Assembly: GCA_046570105.1 (NCBI GenBank)
Contig: JBKHVI010000030.1
Coordinates: 1 to 32,035, forward strand
From: Bacteriovoracia bacterium
GTDB taxonomy: Bacteria > Bdellovibrionota > Bacteriovoracia > Bacteriovoracales > Bacteriovoracaceae
DNA: 32,035 bases
Reading direction: 5' to 3'
The translations under genes were made by a program, and so were the position numbers. The notes under the pieces are model-generated. The model had not been told where the DNA came from, searched no databases, and saw only the letters and a program-made list of their open reading frames with translations. Each line of letters opens with the position of its first letter. The stretch's first letter is position 1. Positions 27,264 through 32,035 of the stretch are shown here, one piece after another.

Positions 27264-27295
27264 GTAGAATGAGACCAATGATGGCCTCATTCTAC
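27264..27295. terminator. 14-bp hairpin between convergent genes
   Basis: GTAGAATGAGACCA-ATGA-TGGCCTCATTCTAC, one mismatch; no T-tract. Confidence 0.5.
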
Positions 27296-27936
27296 CTTGA
27301 ACGTTTAAAGATCTTCTCAACTGCTGCATCTGCCCATGCTTTAGCGATGGGAATACCGGCCGGAAACCAATAGTGAATTCCATCGCCGCCAGCAGCAGGA
27401 TATTGAGTCACTAAATGACTTTCAAATACTTCACAATAATCTGAGACCGCCTCATGCACCAAAGAGACTAAGCGTGAAATCCGTTCTGGATAGAGACGCG
27501 TATGGGGAGTTGTAATCCAAAAACATTGGGCACCGCTTTCTCGAATCTGTTCCACCATTGCTCGCATATCGTCTTTGCTAAATTGATCGGAGCGCTGTTG
27601 ATAATTGCCTGAAAGTTCAACCACCACGATATCGGGTTGATGCTTTTTTAAAAGCTCGCCAAAAATAGGTGTCGAGGCCGTCGGTTGACTTACTTCAACT
27701 CCGGCTTCCGAGCGCTCCCAATATCCGCAAGGAGTCTTGTGGCCCGTCACCCACCACTGGGCAATCGATCCGCAGGAAGCATAAGTGGCAACTCGCGAGA
27801 TGCCCCCTTGTTGGCGCACCAGGCGATCAAACTCCCATCCAAAGGGTCCTACGGCATGGGAATCCCCTATCACCAAGACACTTTTGGCATGGGCGATAGA
27901 GAGACTAAGGCACAGAAGGACAATGAATTTAAGCAT
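27292..27936 (-). CDS. Secreted SGNH/GDSL hydrolase
   Basis: VLVIGDSH, ELSGN, DGIHY; signal peptide from ATG 27936. Confidence 0.85.
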   Translation of the reverse strand: MLKFIVLLCLSLSIAHAKSVLVIGDSHAVGPFGWEFDRLVRQQGGISRVATYASCGSIAQWWVTGHKTPCGYWERSEAGVEVSQPTASTPIFGELLKKHQPDIVVVELSGNYQQRSDQFSKDDMRAMVEQIRESGAQCFWITTPHTRLYPERISRLVSLVHEAVSDYCEVFESHLVTQYPAAGGDGIHYWFPAGIPIAKAWADAAVEKIFKRSR

Positions 27937-28057
27937 TTGCAAGCTATAGCATGAACACCTACAACTGGCGACACTGTAAGTACTATAGGCTTTCTCTCCC
28001 AAGCGCGACTTGCCCTAAAATGAGTCTATGAAATCATTATTTTTTTGCTCTGAAGAT

Positions 28058-28492
28058 CTAGTTTAGCTTTAGATTCTCTGCCAAATCTTCCTGACTGATC
28101 GATTCGCCAGACATGCGACTTAAGATTGTCGTGATCTTAGTGACGTCAAAAGTCTCGCGCTCATTTTTCTTGATGATGATTTCCACTTTAGCTCCATCAA
28201 CCGGACGATCATCGCGCACACAGCTCACGAGATCGACTTGTGAGTTCTCACCAGTGACAACACACTCCATACCGCGCTGATCGAAATCCACTCGATGAAC
28301 AACACCACCCACCATACGACTCACCCATTCCGAGCGAAGCTTTACACGGGCACCTTTAGCGAAATCTTTTTTCTTAATAGTAAGTTCCGTCAAGGCCCCA
28401 TCAAAAGGACGATCGTCACGGCTAAATTTTAATTCACAGGCGATGGCCGGAACTGTGCTCATAAGAGTGATAGCAAGCAAGAGAGACTTCAT
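28058..28492 (-). CDS. Hypothetical secreted protein with an internal two-fold repeat
   Basis: GGAG RBS, signal peptide; RDDRP(F/V)DGA..E..IKK...SRM.G occurs twice. Confidence 0.8.
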   Translation of the reverse strand: MKSLLLAITLMSTVPAIACELKFSRDDRPFDGALTELTIKKKDFAKGARVKLRSEWVSRMVGGVVHRVDFDQRGMECVVTGENSQVDLVSCVRDDRPVDGAKVEIIIKKNERETFDVTKITTILSRMSGESISQEDLAENLKLN

Positions 28493-28681
28493 TTGCGCTC
28501 CAAGGGAGAGATGTATTTTTTCGATGGCCAACCATAGCCCCTGCCCACTTAAGACGTCCTTAAATTGAAAATTTTACGAGTAGGCACAGACATCTGAACA
28601 CTTAGGATCCTAACCTCTTGGTTTTCCTATGGGAAAAGCTTGCTTTGTTTCCACAAGAGCGACTCAAGCTATAATCGATGG

Positions 28682-29908
28682 ATGAATAATCTTAAAATTA
28701 CCCTTACGACACTCCTCTTTTCCGCAACTGCTTTTGCCATGGAAAACTGTACTGACCCCACCTTGTCTTCATCAGCGACTGCTGAAGAATTAGTAGAACA
28801 AAACTGTGAAGTCATCGACCAGATGAGATCTTGTGCTGAAAAACCCATTGATCCAGATGCCGCCAAAAAACGCATTGAATATCTCTTGGGAAAAGTTGAA
28901 GCGGGTGAGCCAACCAAATATTGGCAAAGCGCTAAAAAAATCTATCCACCCTACAATCAGTTTTATGACCTCGATCAAAGCCCCGGGCAGAATCCTCCAA
29001 AAGATATTTTGGATTGGTTGAGTGATGCTAAATACTCTGGCGCAGAAGTAGATCAAGCAGCGCTCAAAGAATCCATTATTAAAAAATATGTCGAATATGC
29101 CAAAGAGTACGATTGCACACCCGTGCTGAAGCACGGCTACACTCATATTTCATATCCACAAAAAGTGAAGGCCAACAGCTACCAAGAGCTGCAACGTCAG
29201 GTTGATAAACCCGATATCAAAGCGGCTAAAGATGAGTACTTCAAAAATTATAATGCTAAATCGAGTGAAACGTTAACCACCTGCAATCCTGCTCGCTATA
29301 GTAATAGCGCTTGGCAAGATGTGGCACAGATTTATCCTCCTTGCTCTGGAAATGTATCGGGACTTTTTAAAGACAACGTCTCTGACGTCTCTACACTGGA
29401 TCAAGAAATAGTGGGATCAGAAACCAACGAAGTCTCTCAATGTATCCAAAGCGCTCTCGCCAAAGGGGCAAAGATTCATCACGTCTCAATTAGTAGCTCG
29501 GCTTCTGCTCTCAATAATACTGGTGAAGCAGCTAAAAAGTTTTGTCGTAAAGGCTTTCTGGCGCTCTCTCAGGCCAGAGCTGAAAGTGCCCGCGATAAAA
29601 TCCTTCCCACCATTTTCCTCAAGGCCGGCCAAGAAAATTATGACTACACTTCAAAAATTCAAATGGACTTCAAAGGCAGTAATGGCGACGGCACTTCAGG
29701 CGCCTGTCCCTATACGATCGTAGACGGTAAAGAGGTGCTCAAAGAACAGTACCGCACTCCTAAGGGTAAAAAAGAGCTTGATGCTTATAAATACATCAAC
29801 GTTCACGTGACCTTTGAAGACAGCATGAAGCGTATTGATACCAAAAAGAGCTACTACGCGCCTTTCTATAGCTGTAAAAGAATTTATTTTGAATGTGCTC
29901 CGAAATAA
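28682..29908 (+). CDS. Secreted Cys-rich protein with a divergent OmpA-like C-terminal domain
   Basis: Signal peptide (…ATAFA); V.I.SSAS...LALSQARAES resembles the OmpA_C LS..RA motif. Confidence 0.6.
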   Translation: MNNLKITLTTLLFSATAFAMENCTDPTLSSSATAEELVEQNCEVIDQMRSCAEKPIDPDAAKKRIEYLLGKVEAGEPTKYWQSAKKIYPPYNQFYDLDQSPGQNPPKDILDWLSDAKYSGAEVDQAALKESIIKKYVEYAKEYDCTPVLKHGYTHISYPQKVKANSYQELQRQVDKPDIKAAKDEYFKNYNAKSSETLTTCNPARYSNSAWQDVAQIYPPCSGNVSGLFKDNVSDVSTLDQEIVGSETNEVSQCIQSALAKGAKIHHVSISSSASALNNTGEAAKKFCRKGFLALSQARAESARDKILPTIFLKAGQENYDYTSKIQMDFKGSNGDGTSGACPYTIVDGKEVLKEQYRTPKGKKELDAYKYINVHVTFEDSMKRIDTKKSYYAPFYSCKRIYFECAPK

Positions 29909-29932
29909 AAAAAGCCACCCGAAGGCGGCTTT
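29907..29932 (-). terminator. Intrinsic terminator, best on the minus strand and probably bidirectional
   Basis: Minus strand AAAGCCGCC-TTCG-GGTGGCTTT followed by a T-run; cUUCGg tetraloop. Confidence 0.85.
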
Positions 29933-29942
29933 CTTTAAAAAT

Positions 29943-29957
29943 TGGTGGAGACCACCG
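29943..29957 (-). other. Displaced 3' end of a tRNA/tmRNA gene; candidate att site
   Basis: Minus strand CGGTGGTCTCCACCA (acceptor strand + A + CCA) directly upstream of a terminator, with no T-loop or rest of an RNA gene. Confidence 0.7.
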
Positions 29958-30024
29958 AAAATACAATAATTTGAGCTAGATGAGGGGAATCAAGGAGACT
30001 TACAGCGGGGTCCGGTCAATTCGA

Positions 30025-30285
30025 TTAATTTCCGTTTCGATTAATAAATGAATATTTATCTAAAATCTCGGAGCAAATATTATGCTCAAATTCTAATTCA
30101 TCTGCACGAGTCATAAGCTCACTATGGTCTTTGGCATTGAAGCGAATACAATAATCATCAAGCTGCGCCTTGTATGCTTTTAGCGCATCATCCATCGAAA
30201 TAACTGGCGTGTTTTCAAACTTCGTCAACGCCGCTTCTCTTGCAGCTGCTGAGACTTCAATTTTTTCTGTACTGATTCGCTTCAT
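30025..30285 (-). CDS. Hypothetical protein, third gene of a TA-like operon
   Basis: 86-aa ORF starting 6 nt after the upstream stop. Confidence 0.7.
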   Translation of the reverse strand: MKRISTEKIEVSAAAREAALTKFENTPVISMDDALKAYKAQLDDYCIRFNAKDHSELMTRADELEFEHNICSEILDKYSFINRNGN

Positions 30286-30291
30286 TTTAAA

Positions 30292-30657
30292 TTACGCCTG
30301 CTTCTTCTCTTGAACTCGCTCAACATTGTTAAGTCTTTTGTTTAATTCTTCAATCTGTTTACTAAGCTCTCTTATCTCAATTTGCGAATCTTTTCTCAAA
30401 TAGGGAGCGTCACCAAGTAAATACATTTCAAGCAGCCTGTCATTAATGATCTTTTGATAACCTACGCCCAACTCTTCAGCTTCACGTTTAGCGGCATCAA
30501 GCACCCTTAGGTCAAGCCTAATAGTGATTTTCTCTCTATCTTCTAAACGCCCAACCTTATCTGCCAAATCATAAGACAAAATGTCTTCATCACCGATTTG
30601 GTCTTTTGGAATGCGTTCAAGTGCTGCTTTAAATTTCGCTCTTTTCGGATTAACCAT
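30292..30657 (-). CDS. BrnA/CopG-like antitoxin (RHH) with a C-terminal coiled coil
   Basis: EKITIRLD.RVL...K.EA...GVGYQ.IIN..L is the BrnA-type signature. Confidence 0.8.
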   Translation of the reverse strand: MVNPKRAKFKAALERIPKDQIGDEDILSYDLADKVGRLEDREKITIRLDLRVLDAAKREAEELGVGYQKIINDRLLEMYLLGDAPYLRKDSQIEIRELSKQIEELNKRLNNVERVQEKKQA

Positions 30658-30943
30658 GCAAAGCCTCCCATACTTTTAGCAGATATTCATCGTTGGATTC
30701 CTGTCCTTCCGACGGCTCATTAAAAATGACCTCTCCAATCATCTCTATATCTTTATTCGAAAAACCTTCAGTGATAACTATCACATCAGATCCATCTAAA
30801 AAAACCTTCAACTCTGGAAACACCTCCGCCTTACGGTTTTTAACTTTGCGACTCTTTTTTGATGTCACGTGGCAGTGGGGCTTTCCATGTTCTCGCGGTG
30901 GAGGGAAGACTGAGATTGCGATCTCATCGCAATCAATAATCAC
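30650..30943 (-). CDS. DUF4160-like putative toxin; start uncertain, possible frameshift
   Basis: REHGKPHCHV resembles the EH.PPH.HV motif; C-terminal LL..WEALHG. Confidence 0.65.
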   Translation of the reverse strand: MIIDCDEIAISVFPPPREHGKPHCHVTSKKSRKVKNRKAEVFPELKVFLDGSDVIVITEGFSNKDIEMIGEVIFNEPSEGQESNDEYLLKVWEALHG

Positions 30944-31018
30944 CCCGACATCTCTTTCCTCATTTCTACGTGGATTTTGCTCTTTTTGAGTTTCTTAACC
31001 AAAATTCACCTCGCCTTC

Positions 31019-31058
31019 ATTATAGCACAGATCGCCATCTTTTGCCATACAGTGCCAT
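31019..31058 (-). promoter_or_regulatory. Extended -10 promoter overlapped by three ATGGC direct repeats
   Basis: Minus strand TG-C-TATAAT (31027-31019); plus-strand GCCAT at 31034, 31044 and 31054 (exact 10-bp period). Confidence 0.7.
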
Positions 31059-31127
31059 CCATTTGTAATTATTGCTAACAATGGCTCTTAAATGGTCTTT
31101 AAGCCATCTAAGGGCCTAAAATCACAA

Positions 31128-31333
31128 CTATCTAATCTTCACCACATTCTCTTCATCAAACACCTTCGGCATCACCTTGAAGTTATCCGTGACGCCTTTC
31201 ACGTCTACGCCAGCCATGCGGACGTAGATTTGGAAGGTTTTGAAGTCGGCCCAGCCGCCCATTTTCATCACCTGAGTAGGCTCTGCACCTGATGCCAGAA
31301 CGTTGGTCGCAAAACAAGCTCTGAGGGTATGAA
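31128..31333 (-). pseudogene. C-terminal fragment of a tyrosine integrase
   Basis: HTLRACFAT...MKMGGW....FQIY catalytic motifs; begins abruptly at HxLR next to an IS end. Confidence 0.88.
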
Positions 31334-32035
31334 TGTTCACATATTTTTCAATAGTGATATTTTCTTATGCAAACACGACACTGGTGTTTTTGATGACTTC
31401 GAATTTCCTGCTGCTTCTGTTTTAGCGCCTGGAGATGAGCATTATTTTCTTTAACCAAAAGTTGACCTGATAGAAGCTCAGCAGGTGTAGAACCTTTTAA
31501 AGATGAATGAGGTATTACGAAATTATGTTCTTGAGCATACTTTTGAATCGCTATCTGAAACATATTTAGCGAACGAGGATTTCTAATCTCCGGAATTCTC
31601 TTCATCTGCCTAAAAACGGCTTCCACAATTGAGTTTGAAAAATTCACATCTGAGTTTGCAACTAAATGTGTAACTCCCTTGCCGATAAGAATTTTTGCTA
31701 CACTGGAGTTAACATTCTCTTTGCCCCCATCAGTCAAAACATATTTAGGTCGTAATATTCGCGAATCATCTAAACATTTTAATGTCTTGAGCGAGAGTTT
31801 TAGATCCTTTCGATAACCCGTTTTAAAAGAAATGATTGAACGTGAAAAATTATCAACAATAAGTTGCAGATATAATTTCTGAAAGCTTTGAGTCTTCACT
31901 TCTGTGATATCGATATGCCAAAGCTCATTCGGTTTAGTCGCTCTAATCCCTTGACCATAATGTTTTCTTTTTTCTGCGACCAACCGAGGCCTTACGACTT
32001 GATTCATCTTGAGATATTTATACCAAGAATCTATA
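31334..32035 (-). mobile_element. Insertion sequence (IS481/IS3-type DDE), one end only
   Basis: Terminus TGTTCACATATTTTTC from 31334 on the plus strand, 14 nt beyond the transposase stop. Confidence 0.7.
31348..32034 (-). CDS. rve/DDE transposase (5'-partial)
   Basis: PNELWHIDIT, VDNFSR, LTDGG.E, NS.VEAVF, PHSSL.G.TP; the frame stays open to the window edge. Confidence 0.9.
   Translation of the reverse strand: MDSWYKYLKMNQVVRPRLVAEKRKHYGQGIRATKPNELWHIDITEVKTQSFQKLYLQLIVDNFSRSIISFKTGYRKDLKLSLKTLKCLDDSRILRPKYVLTDGGKENVNSSVAKILIGKGVTHLVANSDVNFSNSIVEAVFRQMKRIPEIRNPRSLNMFQIAIQKYAQEHNFVIPHSSLKGSTPAELLSGQLLVKENNAHLQALKQKQQEIRSHQKHQCRVCIRKYHY

Larger units (their letters stand above)
29943..32035 (-). 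mobile_element. Second integrated element (tRNA/tmRNA-targeting), continuing beyond the window
   Basis: att-like tRNA 3' fragment, TA-like cargo and integrase remnant. Confidence 0.75.

Noticed and set aside
27264..27295. REP/REPIN element (GTAG…CTAC ends)
   Set aside because: I saw a single copy and no RAYT gene in the window; position between convergent genes fits a terminator. A genome-wide copy count would settle it
29943..30024. Complete tRNA gene
   Set aside because: Only 15 nt of 3' end are present; no TTCG T-loop or cloverleaf upstream
583..31292. Numerous short antisense or alternate-frame ORFs in the track (e.g. 583-795, 6048-6335, 6842-7072, 12065-12379, 20606-21010, 28790-29146, 30693-30989, 31092-31292)
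   Set aside because: They are nested in or opposite well-supported genes and have no recognisable motifs or RBS
31334..31340. GTG at 31340 as the start of a standalone 70-aa gene
   Set aside because: The GTG lies within the IS terminus; the peptide is the tail of a tyrosine recombinase missing its first catalytic Arg and DNA-binding domains
1..32035. CRISPR array, rRNA or prophage structural genes
   Set aside because: No regularly spaced 25-45-nt repeats, rRNA-like sequence, or capsid/terminase/tail motifs were seen

Overview
The window looks like chromosomal DNA from a predatory Bdellovibrionota/Bacteriovoracaceae-type bacterium. That assignment is inferred from gene content and protein style and is not proven. 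It has three parts. (1) 1-~7079 is the right arm of an integrative conjugative element: a small T4SS gene set, a VirD4-like coupling protein, a MOBC-signature relaxase, a 117-nt imperfect inverted repeat with phased short repeats (candidate oriT), an RHH-like protein, a tail-less SSB, an excisionase and a tyrosine integrase abutting mutM. (2) ~7080-29940 is host backbone: mutM, folA-thyA, a ROK/MFS/NamZ/AgcS peptidoglycan-sugar module, atoE, truA and several secreted proteins. It also holds at least two deletion scars and a tightly coupled DUF4956 / HlyD-DUF3616 / TolC-like / VTC operon. (3) 29943-32035 is a second integrated element. It is bounded by a displaced tRNA/tmRNA-like 3' end and carries an unusual DUF4160 + BrnA-like + unknown gene trio, plus an integrase cut at its catalytic HxLR motif by a DDE insertion sequence. 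The best candidate for an undescribed system is the VTC operon, which may be a synthesis-coupled, envelope-spanning polyphosphate exporter. All family assignments come from motif recognition by eye; no searches were run.
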